64,000 bases of DNA. Source: an uncultured Trueperaceae bacterium (GTDB lineage: Bacteria > Deinococcota > Deinococci > Deinococcales > Trueperaceae). The notes below the pieces were generated by a model. That model worked only from the letters and a program-made list of their open reading frames with translations. It had not been told where the DNA came from and did no database searches. Below are positions 1 through 11,319 of this stretch, in pieces. Position 1 is the stretch's first letter, and each line of letters begins with the position of its first letter. The stretch is from the NCBI GenBank assembly GCA_963815215.1, contig CAWFFU010000003.1, positions 160,001 through 224,000 of the forward strand, read 5' to 3'. The position numbers and the translations under genes are program-made.

Positions 1-884
1 TTGACCTGGTCGAGGTTGACCGGCCAGTAGAAGTCCGATTGCCCGGTCACGGCGCGGCTCAACACCTGGTTGGCGTCCTTCACCAGCGTCACGACCCAGC
101 GATCGGGTCCGGGAATGCCGCTGCCGTCGGCGGCCTTGACCTGCTCGGCGTACTGCGGGTTGCGGACCAGCACCAGGCGCTCGCCGGCTCGGAACTCCTG
201 CAGCTTGTAGGGGCCGCCCGAGACGATCTTGCTGACGTCGGCGTCGACGCCCCACAGCGCCTTGACGCCGGCGGCGCCCTTGGCCTTGTAGACGGGCATG
301 AAGATATGGGCCGGGATCAGGCCGTTGAGCGTCACGCAGTCATTGATCGCCAGCGCGTTGACCTGAGGCTCGGGCAGGGTGATCTCGTACTGGTACTTGC
401 CGAGGATCTTGAGCTGGACCTTCTTGTCGCCGACGACCGAGCAGGAGTAGTTGTTCGATTCCACCTTGGGGTCGCCGACGATGTCCCAGGTGGCCTTCAC
501 GTCGTCCGTCGTCATCTCGACGCCGTCGGACCACTTCCAGCCCTTGCGCACCGTGATGATGAACTGCTGGTCCTTCTTGAGGACCTGGATGTCCTTGGCC
601 CACTGCATGTTGTAGCTGCCGTCGGGCTTCTGGAAGGAGCGGTTCCCGACCCAGTCGCGGTAGATCGCGGCCGGACCGGCGTACATCCCGATGATCGCCG
701 CTTCGTTGGCGCTGGACGTGAGCACGGGGTTCAGGGTGGTGATATCGCCGAACAGCGTTTCGTTGACGGTACCGCCGCTCTTGACCGTTGGCGCGTAATC
801 CTTCGGCCAGGTGAACGTCTCTACCTGCGCGGATGCCGCGGCCAGGAGCGCTGCCGCGACGACGAACAACAGAGTTCGCTTCAC
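1..884 (-). CDS. ABC transporter substrate-binding protein, family 5 (peptide/nickel type); 3' end runs off the window
   Basis: Not in the ORF track (no stop in window). GTG at 884 with RBS GGAGGAGG. Translation MKRTLLFVVAAALLAAASAQ... has a signal peptide, 'DITTLNPV', 'ITVRKGWKWSDGVEMTTDDVKATW' and 'GPYKLQEF..GERLVLVRNP', typical of SBP_bac_5. Confidence 0.88.
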   Translation of the reverse strand, partial: MKRTLLFVVAAALLAAASAQVETFTWPKDYAPTVKSGGTVNETLFGDITTLNPVLTSSANEAAIIGMYAGPAAIYRDWVGNRSFQKPDGSYNMQWAKDIQVLKKDQQFIITVRKGWKWSDGVEMTTDDVKATWDIVGDPKVESNNYSCSVVGDKKVQLKILGKYQYEITLPEPQVNALAINDCVTLNGLIPAHIFMPVYKAKGAAGVKALWGVDADVSKIVSGGPYKLQEFRAGERLVLVRNPQYAEQVKAADGSGIPGPDRWVVTLVKDANQVLSRAVTGQSDFYWPVNLDQV

Positions 885-1152
885 TGACGTACCTCCTCCG
901 AGTCGTTGCGAATGGCGGTACCAGCGAGACCATACGCGGGGAGCCGGCTCATCCGTTGGGGCTTCGCCAGCAAGACTACCCGCTCGTTGTGCGATGCATC
1001 AAGAGGATGTCTCATGCAGCGCGGTATCGCGGCGGTCCGACGGAGTGCCGTTCGGATGCCCGCGCCGGGGCCGACGGGTTCCACGCCACGAGCCTTCGCG
1101 GCGTGGAGACGCGCGATCGTGGGTTCGGGTCGGCGTTCGCCTGTGGCCGGCC

Positions 1153-1392
1153 TCAGGCCCGGGGGATCACCTGCAACGCCAGTGCCAGCACGCCCCAGAT
1201 GGTGCCCATCCAGATGGTGAGCCGGTGCAGGCCCCCGGCGGTGCCGCCCATCGTCCCGAAGTCGCCGCCGCCGCCCCCGCCGCCGCCCCCGAGGGCGTCG
1301 CCGAGGCCTGACTGCTTGGGCTCCTGCATCAGGATGACGACGGTCACCAGGATCGAATCGATGACGAACAGTATGAACACAATCCAGAACAT
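1153..1392 (-). CDS. secG: Preprotein translocase subunit SecG
   Basis: 79 aa, two hydrophobic helices flanking a Gly-rich loop, 'ILMQEPKQSGLG' motif; ATG at 1392 preceded by GGAGGAAG. Confidence 0.92.
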   Translation of the reverse strand: MFWIVFILFVIDSILVTVVILMQEPKQSGLGDALGGGGGGGGGDFGTMGGTAGGLHRLTIWMGTIWGVLALALQVIPRA

Positions 1393-1462
1393 GCTTCCTC
1401 CGCGGCGAACGGGAGCGGACCGAAGGGTCCGCCCACGTCTCGCGCCGATCCAACGGCCAGGG

Positions 1463-1547
1463 TGGTGCCGAGAGCGGGACTCGAACCCGCACGGGTTGCC
1501 CCGGTAGATTTTGAGTCTACTGCGTCTACCGATTCCGCCATCTCGGC
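1463..1547 (-). tRNA. tRNA-Leu(CAA)
   Basis: Reverse complement GCCGAGATGGCGGAATCGGTAGACGCAGTAGACTCAAAATCTACCGGGGCAACCCGTGCGGGTTCGAGTCCCGCTCTCGGCACCA: acceptor stem, anticodon loop CT-CAA-AA, long variable arm, GTTCGA T-loop, encoded CCA. Confidence 0.97.
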
Positions 1548-1578
1548 CCGGGTGGGCGGCACAGGCCACCCGTAGCCA

Positions 1579-1608
1579 AGCGTAACGGTAGGGGCGTGTC
1601 TCCGGCAA
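1579..1608 (-). promoter_or_regulatory. Putative sigma-A promoter for tRNA-Leu/secG
   Basis: TTGCCG (1608-1603), 18 nt spacer, TACGCT (1584-1579). Confidence 0.5.
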
Positions 1609-1644
1609 GGGCCTGTGCTGGGACGGGGCCTCAGGGCGTAGCGC

Positions 1645-1905
1645 TCAGGGCTCCGCTCGGTCGGCGTAGCCCTCGATACGCAGGAGCGCCTCGCCGACGG
1701 CGTCGAGCAACATGCCCAGGCTGCCGGTGATGAACAGCCAGGTGCCGGCTTCCTTGAGGTCCGCGAACAGGAAGAAGATGCTGCCCACGAAGAAGGTGGT
1801 GTTCCCGACCAGGCCCAGGCCGGTGTGGATCCAGGGATAGTCCCGGGCGATGCGTTTGAGCGGCACCAGGTGCGGCAGGTTGGCGACCCTGCGAAGCAGC
1901 GTCAT
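1645..1905 (-). CDS. YrhK-like small membrane protein
   Basis: 86 aa from ATG 1905 with RBS GGAAGGAGG; 'LVGNTTFFVGSIFFL...AGTWLFITGSLGML' two-helix pattern resembles YrhK. Confidence 0.7.
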   Translation of the reverse strand: MTLLRRVANLPHLVPLKRIARDYPWIHTGLGLVGNTTFFVGSIFFLFADLKEAGTWLFITGSLGMLLDAVGEALLRIEGYADRAEP

Positions 1906-2037
1906 GTTGCCTCCTTCCGTGCGCCCCTCGTGGGCCTCGGCGCCGCGCCCACCCCCCTCCGGCGGCCGGTGGTACAGTACGCGCGTCGCAGGGCCGCCGG
2001 CTCCAGTCGGCGGGCACCGTGCGCCCCCAGGACTACC

Positions 2038-2748
2038 ATGACGATCGCAGTTGTCCGTTTCCCAGGCAGCAATTGTGACGACGACGCCCGGCACGCGTTC
2101 GAGTTCGTTCTCGGCGCCCCGGTGCGCTTCGTGTGGCACCGCGACACCTCTCTCGGACGCGCGGACGCCGTGGTCCTGCCGGGCGGCTTCAGCTTCGGCG
2201 ACTACCTCCGTGGCGGGGCCCTGGCGGCGCTCAGCCCGGTGATGGGGGCGGTGCGCGCCTTCGCCGGGCGCGGCGGGCCCGTTCTCGGGATCTGCAACGG
2301 CTGGCAGATCCTCACCGAGGCAGGCCTGCTACCGGGCCAGCTCGCGCGCAACCCTTCGCTCCACTTCCTGTGTCAGGACGTCCACCTTCGCGTGGAGCGC
2401 GACGACCTGTCGTTCACGCGCCGTTTCGAGCGCGGCCAGGTGCTGCGCATCCCCATCGCTCACAACGAGGGCAGGTTCTATGTCGACGACACTAGCCTCG
2501 AAGAACTCGAAGGCGAGGGCCGGGTGGTGTTCCGCTACGTCGATGAGCAGGGGCGGCAGACGCCCGAGTCCAATGTCAACGGCAGCGTCCACGCCATCGC
2601 CGGCGTCGTCAACGACCGCGGCAACGTGCTCGGCATGATGCCCCATCCCGAGCGGGCCGTCGAGCCCTTGCTGGGCTCGAGTGACGGCGCGGAGCTGCTG
2701 CGCGGCATGCTGGAGCACCTTCACGACGGGGCGGCGAGGGCGTCGTGA
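2038..2748 (+). CDS. purQ: Phosphoribosylformylglycinamidine synthase glutaminase subunit
   Basis: [35 protein letters not shown] (catalytic Cys), GMMPHPER. Confidence 0.97.
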   Translation: MTIAVVRFPGSNCDDDARHAFEFVLGAPVRFVWHRDTSLGRADAVVLPGGFSFGDYLRGGALAALSPVMGAVRAFAGRGGPVLGICNGWQILTEAGLLPGQLARNPSLHFLCQDVHLRVERDDLSFTRRFERGQVLRIPIAHNEGRFYVDDTSLEELEGEGRVVFRYVDEQGRQTPESNVNGSVHAIAGVVNDRGNVLGMMPHPERAVEPLLGSSDGAELLRGMLEHLHDGAARAS

Positions 2749-2791
2749 GCTCCCGACACCGTCGGGGCCGCGAGGGCCCCCGGAGCGCGCC

Positions 2792-5014
2792 ATGACCGAC
2801 AGCCTGCGCGCCTCGGCCGCTACCTTCGGTCTGAGCGAAGCCGAGTTCGACGAGGTCGTTCGGCAGCTCGGACGCGAGCCCAACGCGCTCGAAGCCGGCG
2901 TGTTCGGAGCCCTGTGGAGCGAACACTGCGGTTACAAGAACTCGCGCCCGCTGCTGAGGCGTCTGCCGACGAGCGGTCCGCAGGTGCTGCAGGGCCCCGG
3001 GGAGAATGCCGGCGTCGTCGACATCGGCGACGGCTGGGCGGTGGCGTTCAAGATGGAGAGCCACAACCACCCCAGCGCCGTGGAACCCGTCCAGGGCGCG
3101 GCCACCGGCGTGGGGGGCATCCTGCGTGACATCTTCGCCATGGGCGCTCGTCCGGTGGCGGTGCTGGACTCGCTTCGCTTCGGCGACCTCGGTGAGGCGC
3201 GCACCCGCTACCTGCTAGCCGGAGTCGTCCACGGCATAGCACTCTACGGCAACGCCATCGGCGTTCCGACCGTCGGCGGCGAGATCGCGTTCGATCCGTG
3301 CTACCAGGAGAACCCGCTGGTGAACGTGATGGCGCTGGGCTACCTTCGTCACGACGAGCTCAAGCGAGGCACCGTGGGCTCGGTCGGCAACAGCATCATC
3401 TACGTGGGCTCGAAGACCGGTCGAGACGGGCTCGGCGGCGCGGTGTTCGCGTCGGCCGATCTGAGCCAGTCCTCCGACGCCGACCGGCCGGCTGTGCAGG
3501 TCGGCGACCCGTTCATGGAGAAGCTGCTGCTCGAGGCCTGTCTGGAGGCGTACGGGCGCGGGCTCGTCGCCGGTGTGCAGGACATGGGTGCGGCGGGACT
3601 CAGCAGCAGCATCGCCGAGATGGCGCATCGTGCAGGTCTCGGCGTGGATCTGGACCTGGAACGGGTGCCCAGGCGCGAGCAGGGCATGAGCGCGCTCGAG
3701 GTGATGCTGTCGGAGTCGCAGGAGCGCATGCTGCTGACCGCCACGCCGGGCCGCGAGAAGGAGTTGTTGGAGCTGCTGGAGCGTTGGGAGCTCGACGCCC
3801 ACGCCATCGGCATGGTGCGCGACCACGGGCGACTGCGCCTGTTCGAGGGCCGCCGGCTCATCGGCGACCTGCCGGTGGCCGCCCTGAACGAGCCCCCCAC
3901 CTACACCCGCGACGGGGTCGAGGCCCTCGAGACAGCGGCGTTGCGCCGCCGCAGCATCGACGTGCCCGAGACCTCCGACCCGGCGGGCGCGCTGCTGACG
4001 CTGCTGGCGAGCCCGACCATCGCCAGCAAGGAGGCCGTCTTCCGGCAGTACGACCACCAGGTGATGACCAACACGGTGGTACTGCCCGGTCGCGGCGACG
4101 CCGCGGTGCTGCGCGTGAAGGGGAGCCCCCTGGGGGTGGCGGCGACGGTGGACTGCAACGCCCGCTACGTGCGGCTCGCACCACGGCTCGGCGCTGCCCA
4201 CGCCGTCGCCGAGGCCGCCCGCAACCTCACCTGCGTGGGCGCCACACCTCTCGGTGTGACCGACAACCTCAACTTCGGCAACCCCTACCTCCCCGAGGTC
4301 TACTACCAGCTCGAGCAGGCGATCGAGGGGCTCAAGGAGGCGTGCCTCGCCCTGGGCACGCCGGTCACCGGGGGCAACGTCAGCCTCTACAACCAGTACC
4401 GGTCGGACGACGGCTACCACGCCATCGACCCGACGCCCACGGTGGGCATGGTGGGGGTGCTCGCGGACGTCGAACGCCGCGCGGACATGGCACTCAAGCG
4501 CCAGGGGGACGTGCTGCTGCTCGTCGGCGAGGTGGCCGGAACGTTGGGAGCGAGCGAGATGCTGGCGGCCCTGCACGCTACCGTCGCCGGCGCGCCTCCG
4601 CCGCTCGACCTGGAGCGAGAGGTGGCGGTGCAAGGCGTGGTGCGTTCGTTGATCCAGGAGGGGCTGTGCGACACCGCCCACGACGTCTCGGAAGGGGGGC
4701 TGGCGGTGGCGCTCGCCGAGATGGCGATCGCCGGCGGCATCGGGCTCGACGCCACCCTCCCGGGCATGCCCGGCATACGCGATGATGCGGTGCTCTTCGG
4801 AGAGGGCGCGGCACGCATCGTGGTCGCGCTGAGCAGCGACGAGCGCGCTACTACGGCGCTCCAGCGGTGCTCGGCGGCGGGCGTTCCGTGCCTCCGGCTG
4901 GGGTCGAGCGGCGGCGATGAGGTCCGCATGCGGACCGTCCGCGGCGCCTTCGCCGTGCCCCTGTCGAACCTCCGGACCGCTTACCATCGGCCGCTGGCGG
5001 AAGCGCTACGCTGA
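2792..5014 (+). CDS. purL: Phosphoribosylformylglycinamidine synthase subunit PurL (small form)
   Basis: [62 protein letters not shown]. Confidence 0.97.
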   Translation: MTDSLRASAATFGLSEAEFDEVVRQLGREPNALEAGVFGALWSEHCGYKNSRPLLRRLPTSGPQVLQGPGENAGVVDIGDGWAVAFKMESHNHPSAVEPVQGAATGVGGILRDIFAMGARPVAVLDSLRFGDLGEARTRYLLAGVVHGIALYGNAIGVPTVGGEIAFDPCYQENPLVNVMALGYLRHDELKRGTVGSVGNSIIYVGSKTGRDGLGGAVFASADLSQSSDADRPAVQVGDPFMEKLLLEACLEAYGRGLVAGVQDMGAAGLSSSIAEMAHRAGLGVDLDLERVPRREQGMSALEVMLSESQERMLLTATPGREKELLELLERWELDAHAIGMVRDHGRLRLFEGRRLIGDLPVAALNEPPTYTRDGVEALETAALRRRSIDVPETSDPAGALLTLLASPTIASKEAVFRQYDHQVMTNTVVLPGRGDAAVLRVKGSPLGVAATVDCNARYVRLAPRLGAAHAVAEAARNLTCVGATPLGVTDNLNFGNPYLPEVYYQLEQAIEGLKEACLALGTPVTGGNVSLYNQYRSDDGYHAIDPTPTVGMVGVLADVERRADMALKRQGDVLLLVGEVAGTLGASEMLAALHATVAGAPPPLDLEREVAVQGVVRSLIQEGLCDTAHDVSEGGLAVALAEMAIAGGIGLDATLPGMPGIRDDAVLFGEGAARIVVALSSDERATTALQRCSAAGVPCLRLGSSGGDEVRMRTVRGAFAVPLSNLRTAYHRPLAEALR

Positions 5015-6477
5015 TGGCGATGGACGGAACCCCCTGGGACATCCTCGGCGAGGACAAGATGCACGAAGAGTGCGGGGTGGTGGCGGCCCACCTGCCGAAC
5101 GCGGCGGACATGGCGTCGCTGCTGCACATCGGGCTGTTCGCGCTGCAACACCGCGGGCAGGAGTCCTGCGGCATCTGCGTGGCTTCGGACGACGAGATCC
5201 GGATCGAGAAGGACATGGGTCTGGTGAGCGCCGTGTTCACCGAGGACCGGCTCGACAAGCTGCGCTTCGCCGGCGCGCGCACCGGCATCGCGCACACCCG
5301 CTACTCGACCACGGGCTCGAGCCTGCGCTTCAACGCGCAACCCATCACGGTGCGCTCCAACAAGGGCCTGCTGGCGCTGGCCCACAACGGCAACTTCACC
5401 AACGCCAAGTCGATGCGGGAGCGCATGCTCGATGAGGGCGCGGTGTTCCAGACCACCAACGACAGCGAGGTGATGATCAACCTCATCGCCCGCTACAGCC
5501 ACCTCAGCCTGCGCGACGCGACCGCGCAGGTGATGGGGGAGCTCGAGGGCGGCTTCGCGGTGGTGCTCATGGACCGCCACCGCATCCTGGGTCTGCGCGA
5601 CGCCAACGGCGTGCGGCCCCTGGTGATCGGCGAGATCGAGGGGGGCTACGTCTTCGCCTCCGAGCCGTCGGCGCTCCACGTGATGGGGGCCACGTTCCTG
5701 CGCGACGTCCGGCCGGGTGAACTGGTGATGGCGGACGACGAAGGGCTGCACAGCTTCCAGGTGCTCACGCCGCAGCCCACCCCCTGCGCTTTCGAGTGGA
5801 TCTACTTCGCGCGCGGGGACTCCGTGCTCGACGGCGTCGAGGTTCACGCCGCGCGGATCCGCATGGGCGAGGTGCTGGCCGAGGAGGAACCGGTCTCGGC
5901 CGACGTGGTGGTGGGCGTGCCGGACTCAGGCGTCGCCGCCGCCATCGGCTACGCGCGCGCCTCCGGCATCCCGTTCGACATGGGGCTGTACAAGTCGCCC
6001 TACGCAGGCCGCACCTTCATCCATCCCACCCAGCGCCTGCGCGACCAGAAGGTGAAGCTGAAGCTGGCGCCCACGCCGGCCGTACGCGGCAAGCGGGTGG
6101 TCCTGGTCGACGACTCGATCGTGCGCGGCACGACCTCGGGTCGCATCGTGCAGCTGTTGCGCGAGGCGGGAGCGACGGAGGTCCACTTCCGGGTGTCGAG
6201 CCCGCCGATCCGCTTCCCGTGCTACTACGGCATCGACACCGCGGCCCGCAAGGAGCTTGCCGCCGCCACCATGACCATCGACGAGATCCGTCAGCGAATC
6301 GGCGCCGACACCCTGCACTTCCTGTCCGAGCCGGGCCTGGCACGGGCCATCGCGCTCGGCCGCACCTGTCTGGCCTGCTTCGACGGCCGCTATCCGGCCG
6401 GGCATCCCGGCGAAGAAGTGGAGAAGGACGGTCTGGACGCCGAGAACGAGCGGCCGGTCGAGATCGCGCCGGTCTGA
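5014..6477 (+). CDS. purF: Amidophosphoribosyltransferase
   Basis: Propeptide ending HEE|CG, LQHRGQES, HTRYSTTG, VDDSIVRGTTS; TGATG overlap with purL. Confidence 0.97.
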   Translation: MAMDGTPWDILGEDKMHEECGVVAAHLPNAADMASLLHIGLFALQHRGQESCGICVASDDEIRIEKDMGLVSAVFTEDRLDKLRFAGARTGIAHTRYSTTGSSLRFNAQPITVRSNKGLLALAHNGNFTNAKSMRERMLDEGAVFQTTNDSEVMINLIARYSHLSLRDATAQVMGELEGGFAVVLMDRHRILGLRDANGVRPLVIGEIEGGYVFASEPSALHVMGATFLRDVRPGELVMADDEGLHSFQVLTPQPTPCAFEWIYFARGDSVLDGVEVHAARIRMGEVLAEEEPVSADVVVGVPDSGVAAAIGYARASGIPFDMGLYKSPYAGRTFIHPTQRLRDQKVKLKLAPTPAVRGKRVVLVDDSIVRGTTSGRIVQLLREAGATEVHFRVSSPPIRFPCYYGIDTAARKELAAATMTIDEIRQRIGADTLHFLSEPGLARAIALGRTCLACFDGRYPAGHPGEEVEKDGLDAENERPVEIAPV

Positions 6478-6499
6478 GGAGTTGTCCCGAGCGGCCCCG

Positions 6500-7228
6500 T
6501 CAGGCCCCGCGGACCACCATCCACGCGAAGCGCACCAGCCGGGGGAGCCGGCGCCACCGCTTGGGATCGAGCGCTACGCGCAGCACCCACTCCACGCCGA
6601 GCCTGCTGCTCCACGCCGGCATACGGCGCACCTCGCCGGCGAGCACGTCGAGGGTGCCGCCCACTCCGATCGCCACGGCCGTGCCGAGCTCGGCCTCGTT
6701 CTCCCACAGGAAGCGTTCCTGGCCCGTGCCGAGCCCGGCCAGCAGCAGCTGGCAACCGCTCTCCGCGACCTCGCGGCAGACTTCGGGGACCTCCTCGGGA
6801 CGCCGGAAATAGCCGTGATGCACGCCACCGACCTGGCAGCCGTAGCGGCGCCTGATCTCGGATGCGGCGCGTTCGGCCACCCCGGGGCGGCCTCCCAGCA
6901 GGAACACGCTCAACTCGGGGCCGCCCGAGCGCAGCACCTCGGTGACGAGGTCGACCCCGGGCACGCGCCCGGGCAGGCGCTCGCCCCGGCGACGTGCGGC
7001 CCAGGCGATGCCGACGCCGTCGGCCACGCTGAGGTCTGCGGCGCGCAGCGCGCGCCGTAGTCGAGGGTCGTCGTGCGCGCCGACCGCGATCTCGGGGTTG
7101 AGCGTCACCACCAGCTTGCTCTGACGGCCGCGCGCGGCCGTCAGCACCCAGGCGGCGGCCTCCGCTAGCGTGAGCGCGTCCACCGGAAGGCCGAGCAACC
7201 AGATGCGCCGGCCCGCGTCGGGCTGCAT
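6500..7228 (-). CDS. WecB/TagA/CpsF family glycosyltransferase
   Basis: VVTLNPE, ADGVGI, RVPGVDL, HHGYF, GVGGTLD, GVEWVLR motifs; start at ATG 7228 overlapping the upstream stop. Confidence 0.9.
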   Translation of the reverse strand: MQPDAGRRIWLLGLPVDALTLAEAAAWVLTAARGRQSKLVVTLNPEIAVGAHDDPRLRRALRAADLSVADGVGIAWAARRRGERLPGRVPGVDLVTEVLRSGGPELSVFLLGGRPGVAERAASEIRRRYGCQVGGVHHGYFRRPEEVPEVCREVAESGCQLLLAGLGTGQERFLWENEAELGTAVAIGVGGTLDVLAGEVRRMPAWSSRLGVEWVLRVALDPKRWRRLPRLVRFAWMVVRGA

Positions 7229-7962
7229 CAGTCCGTGCGGGGAGCGGGCGCGAACAGGTAGAGCGGTGCGCTGCCGGCCGCGGGCTGGCGACCCACCAGC
7301 TGGGGTACCACGCTGCTGCCGGAGATCTGGGCGGAGAACGCCAGATCGCGCTCCATCCCGAGGCGCCGCAGGTAGTGCCCGGAGACCGACTGCCACAGCG
7401 CTTCCATCGGGTCGGGGAAGGCCCGCAACAGGCTGAGCGCGAAACGCGTGGCGCCGCTGCGCGCGGCGGTCGGGAGCCGCTCGGCCACCATCGCCGCCAG
7501 CAGGCCCGCGCCCAGGGTGTCGTCGAGGTCGGGTTCCCCTTCGAACCCGGCGCCGACCAGATCGATACTCTCGAGCGCCTGCCGCGAAGCCAGCTCGGCC
7601 ACCGCGGCGGCGTTGTAGAGCGAACCGAGCAGCACGCGCCGGGCGTCGGCCAGCTGGGGCAGCCAGCGGGGAGCATTCTCCGACACCAGCACGGCGCGTC
7701 GTCCCGTCAGGTCGACGGTGGCGAGCTCGGCCGGCGAGTTGCCGAAGTTGAAGCCCTCCGCCGGAACGCCCTCGCGCTCGCCCAGCAGCAGCCAGCCGTC
7801 TTCGGCCGCCGCCCTCGCGCTGCGTAGGCTGGGCGTCAATGCCAGCTCGGTGAGTCCGCGCTCGAACAGCAACGGCGCCACGGTGCAGGTGCGCAGGACG
7901 TCGATCAGGACGACAACGTCCTGGTAGCTTCCGGTAGGGGTGAGATCGGTGTGGATGCGCAT
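7228..7962 (-). CDS. 2-phosphosulfolactate phosphatase family (ComB-like)
   Basis: VVLIDVLRT, GEREG...GFNFGNSP, GSLYNAAAVA, DDTLGAG motifs. Confidence 0.88.
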   Translation of the reverse strand: MRIHTDLTPTGSYQDVVVLIDVLRTCTVAPLLFERGLTELALTPSLRSARAAAEDGWLLLGEREGVPAEGFNFGNSPAELATVDLTGRRAVLVSENAPRWLPQLADARRVLLGSLYNAAAVAELASRQALESIDLVGAGFEGEPDLDDTLGAGLLAAMVAERLPTAARSGATRFALSLLRAFPDPMEALWQSVSGHYLRRLGMERDLAFSAQISGSSVVPQLVGRQPAAGSAPLYLFAPAPRTD

Positions 7963-8109
7963 GTTGGGGGGGTTGTGCCAGTCGCGCCCGGCGCGCCAGA
8001 CCGCGCTGGCGCACGCTGCGAAGTCTACCACGCGGGGCGTGTACCTCCACATGCCCGGAGTGCGTAGCAGGCGACTCCCTCCCTCACCGGACGGAGGGTA
8101 AGCTGACGC

Positions 8110-9693
8110 GTGCCCCGCGACGATGCGCCGCCGTCCCGTACGAGCTTCCTGGACCACTACCGGTCCGGCGACCTGAGTGAGTTCTTCGACCTTGCTGCCG
8201 GCGACGTCGATGGCGCCCTGCGGGTGCCGCGCCCCGCCGAGCGCGCCGCCCTGGCCGAGGCCATGCGCGGGCACGCCCGCGCGCTGGGGGCGCCGCAGGC
8301 CGTGTTCGACAGCCTCGAGCGGCTCGAGCACCCCGCCTCCCGTGCCGTCGTGACAGGCCAGCAGACGGGTTTGCTGCTTGGCCCCGCCTACACCCTCTCC
8401 AAGGCGATCACCGCCGTGAAGCTCGCCCGTCGCCTCGATCGCGACGAGCGCCCGGTGGTGCCCGTGTTCTGGCTCGCGAGCCAGGACCACGACACCGCTG
8501 AGATCGACCACGCACACTTGCTGGACGGCGAGGAGCGCCTGCATCACGTAGGCGTCGACCTTCCCGCGGACGTGCCCGCAGGACGGGCGCGCCTGAGTGG
8601 AGCCATGGTGGACGGCGTGGTGCGGGCGATCGACGAACTGAGCCCGGCATCCCCGTTCCGCGACGAGGTGGTGGCGCTATTGCGGGACGCGGCCGAAGGC
8701 GGCGTGACGTACGCCGACTGGTTCGCGGGGCTGCTCTATCGCCTGCTAGGCGAGCAGGGCCTGACGCTGTTCGATCCCATGCACCCGGCGGCCGCGGTCC
8801 TGTTGCGGCCGGTGCTGGAGCGCGAGCTGGAACGTCCGGAGGAGAGTGTCGCCGAGGTCAACCGGGCCGCGCGTCGGCTGCGGCATCTGGGCTTCGATCC
8901 TCAGCTCGGACGAGGTGCCGACGCCACCAACCTGTTCCTGGAGGTGGGCGATCGCGAAGTTCCCCGTCGCGTGCTCCTGCGGCACGAAGGCCGCAACTTC
9001 AGGCTGGAGGGCCGGGTGCTCTCGACCGAGGATGTGCGCCATCACCTCGACCTGGATCCCGCCTCGCTCACCCCCGCTGCCGGGCTGCGCCCGGTGGTTC
9101 AGGACGCCGTGCTGCCCACCGCCGTGGTGGTCCTAGGTCCGGGGGAGCTGCGCTACTTCGCCCAGCTCCGCGGGGTGTACGCGCGTCACGGCGTGCCCAT
9201 GCCGCTGGTGTGGCCCCGCGCCACGGCCACCGTGGTCGAGCCGCCGGTGGCGCGCATCCTCGACAAGTACGGGCTCGACGTGGGCGCCTTCCAGAACGAT
9301 CCGGACGGGTGCCTGAAGCACGTGCTGCTCGAGCGCAGCGGGTACGGGGAGCGCTTCCGCACCACCGCCGATGAGGTCGAGCGGTCGATGGACCGGCTGC
9401 TGGAGGCCGTGGAGGGGATCGACCCGACCCTGCAGGGGACGGTCGACCGGGGGCGCGGCTACCTGCTGAGGACGCTGGAGCGACTCAGGAGCAAGTCGGC
9501 GGCCGCCCTGGCGCGCGAGGACGCCATCACGGGCGCACAGTTCGAACGCCTGCGAGCCCACCTGCTACCGCTCGGGCAGCCCGCCGAACGCGTGCTCAGC
9601 CCCTTCAGCCCGTTCCTGAAGTTCGGCATCGCCCCCACCATGGCCGCCTACGCCTCGATCGAGGCCGAGGGCGCGTTCACGCTGCGCATCTGA
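8110..9693 (+). CDS. bshC: Bacillithiol biosynthesis cysteine-adding enzyme
   Basis: VVTGQQTGLLLGPAYTLSKA, PVFWLASQDHD, LRPVVQD..LPT..GPGELRYFAQL, C-terminal P.ERV. Confidence 0.92.
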   Translation: MPRDDAPPSRTSFLDHYRSGDLSEFFDLAAGDVDGALRVPRPAERAALAEAMRGHARALGAPQAVFDSLERLEHPASRAVVTGQQTGLLLGPAYTLSKAITAVKLARRLDRDERPVVPVFWLASQDHDTAEIDHAHLLDGEERLHHVGVDLPADVPAGRARLSGAMVDGVVRAIDELSPASPFRDEVVALLRDAAEGGVTYADWFAGLLYRLLGEQGLTLFDPMHPAAAVLLRPVLERELERPEESVAEVNRAARRLRHLGFDPQLGRGADATNLFLEVGDREVPRRVLLRHEGRNFRLEGRVLSTEDVRHHLDLDPASLTPAAGLRPVVQDAVLPTAVVVLGPGELRYFAQLRGVYARHGVPMPLVWPRATATVVEPPVARILDKYGLDVGAFQNDPDGCLKHVLLERSGYGERFRTTADEVERSMDRLLEAVEGIDPTLQGTVDRGRGYLLRTLERLRSKSAAALAREDAITGAQFERLRAHLLPLGQPAERVLSPFSPFLKFGIAPTMAAYASIEAEGAFTLRI

Positions 9694-9723
9694 GGTCCCG
9701 GCCGCCCGCGTCGGCGGCGGAGC

Positions 9724-11229
9724 TCAGCGGCCGCCCTTGAGCGAGTAGTTGGGCGCGTCCTTGGTGATGGTCACGTCGTGCGGGTGGGACTCCACGAGGC
9801 TCGCCTGGGTGATCTGCACGAAACGCCCAGAGCTCTGCAGGGCGGGGACGTCGGGAGTGCCGCAGTAGCCCATCGCCGAGCGCAGCCCGCCGATCATCTG
9901 GTACAGCACGTCCTCGGCCGGACCCTTGTAGGAGACCATGCCCTCGATGCCTTCCGGGACGTGCTTCTTGGCGTCCTCCTGGAAGTAGCGGTCGGCGCTG
10001 CCACCCGCCATGGCACCGAGGCTGCCCATGCCGCGGTAGGCCTTGTAGCGGCGCCCGTCGCGCAGGATGTCCTCGCCGGGCGCTTCGCTGGTGCCGGCCA
10101 GCAGCGAGCCCACCATCACACTGTCGGCGCCCGCCGCCAGCGCCTTCGGGACGTCGCCGGTCAACTTGATGCCGCCGTCGGCGATGAGCGGCACGCCGGC
10201 GGCGCGCGTCTCCTCGGCGATGGCGAGGATGGCGCTGAGCTGGGGCATTCCCACGCCCGTGACCACCCGCGTGGTGCAGATGCTGCCGGGCCCGACACCG
10301 ACCTTGACCGCGTCGGCGCCCCGCTCGATCAGGTCCGAAGCCGCCCCGGCGGTGGCGATGTTGCCGGCCACCACGTCGACGTCGAAGGACTCCTTGAGGT
10401 AGACCAGTGCGTCGAGGATGCCCTGGGAGTGGCCGTGCGCGCTGTCGAGCACCAGCGCGTCGACGCCTGCCTCGACCAGGGCGGTGCTGCGCGCTTCCAG
10501 GTCCTGGGAAACGCCCACTGCCGCGGCGACCCGTAGACGCCCCAGGCCGTCCTTGGTGGCGTAGGGGTAGTCGAGCTTCTTCTGGATGTCCTTGATGGTG
10601 ATGAGGCCGCGCAGGACGTTGGCGTCGTCGACGACCAGGAGCTTCTCCACCTTGTTCTCGCGCAGCATCTCGCGCGCATTCTCGAGGGTGGTGCCCACGG
10701 GCACGGTCACCAGGTTCTGCGAGGTCATCAGTTCCTCGACGCGGCGTCCGAAGTCGGTCTCGAAGCGCAGGTCGCGGTTGGTCAGGATGCCGAGGAGGTG
10801 GCCCGCCGGATCCACGATGGGGACCCCGCTGATGCGGTACTCGCTCATCAGGTGCTCGGCCTGTTCCAGGGTGGCGCGCGGACCCAGAGTGATGGGGTCG
10901 ACGATCATGCCGGACTCGGAGCGCTTGACCTTGCGCACCATCTCCGCCTGGGCGTCCACCGTCATCTTCTTGTGGATCACGCCGATGCCCCCCTGGCGCG
11001 CCATGGCGATGGCCATCTTGGTCTCGGTGACGGTGTCCATGGCGGCGGAGACGACCGGGATCTGGAGCTCGATGGTGCGCGAGAAACGGGAGGCGACCGA
11101 AACGTCGCGGGGCAGGACGGCCGAGTGCGCGGGCACCAGCAGTACGTCGTCGAAGGTGAGGGCCTCACCGATGATCTTGGCGGAGCGGGTGCGCTCGCGG
11201 CTCGTTACGGTCGGCGGTGTCTCGGTCAT
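9724..11229 (-). CDS. guaB: IMP dehydrogenase
   Basis: [22 protein letters not shown] pair, [19 protein letters not shown]. Confidence 0.98.
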   Translation of the reverse strand: MTETPPTVTSRERTRSAKIIGEALTFDDVLLVPAHSAVLPRDVSVASRFSRTIELQIPVVSAAMDTVTETKMAIAMARQGGIGVIHKKMTVDAQAEMVRKVKRSESGMIVDPITLGPRATLEQAEHLMSEYRISGVPIVDPAGHLLGILTNRDLRFETDFGRRVEELMTSQNLVTVPVGTTLENAREMLRENKVEKLLVVDDANVLRGLITIKDIQKKLDYPYATKDGLGRLRVAAAVGVSQDLEARSTALVEAGVDALVLDSAHGHSQGILDALVYLKESFDVDVVAGNIATAGAASDLIERGADAVKVGVGPGSICTTRVVTGVGMPQLSAILAIAEETRAAGVPLIADGGIKLTGDVPKALAAGADSVMVGSLLAGTSEAPGEDILRDGRRYKAYRGMGSLGAMAGGSADRYFQEDAKKHVPEGIEGMVSYKGPAEDVLYQMIGGLRSAMGYCGTPDVPALQSSGRFVQITQASLVESHPHDVTITKDAPNYSLKGGR

Positions 11230-11319
11230 GGGTCACCTCGCGGTCGCGCGCTTCGCGAGCGCGGCATTGCGACAGTATACGGGCGCCTCACGCCCGCGCC
11301 GGTAGGGTCGGAGCGGCGC

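Noticed and set aside
1264..1290. Poly-Gly tract in secG as a contingency locus
   Set aside because: Mixed GGC/GGG codons in a loop that is normally Gly-rich; length changes would stay in frame.
1400..2040. tRNA-Leu as an integration site for an island or prophage
   Set aside because: No integrase, no duplicated tRNA 3' end seen, and the flanking genes are housekeeping.
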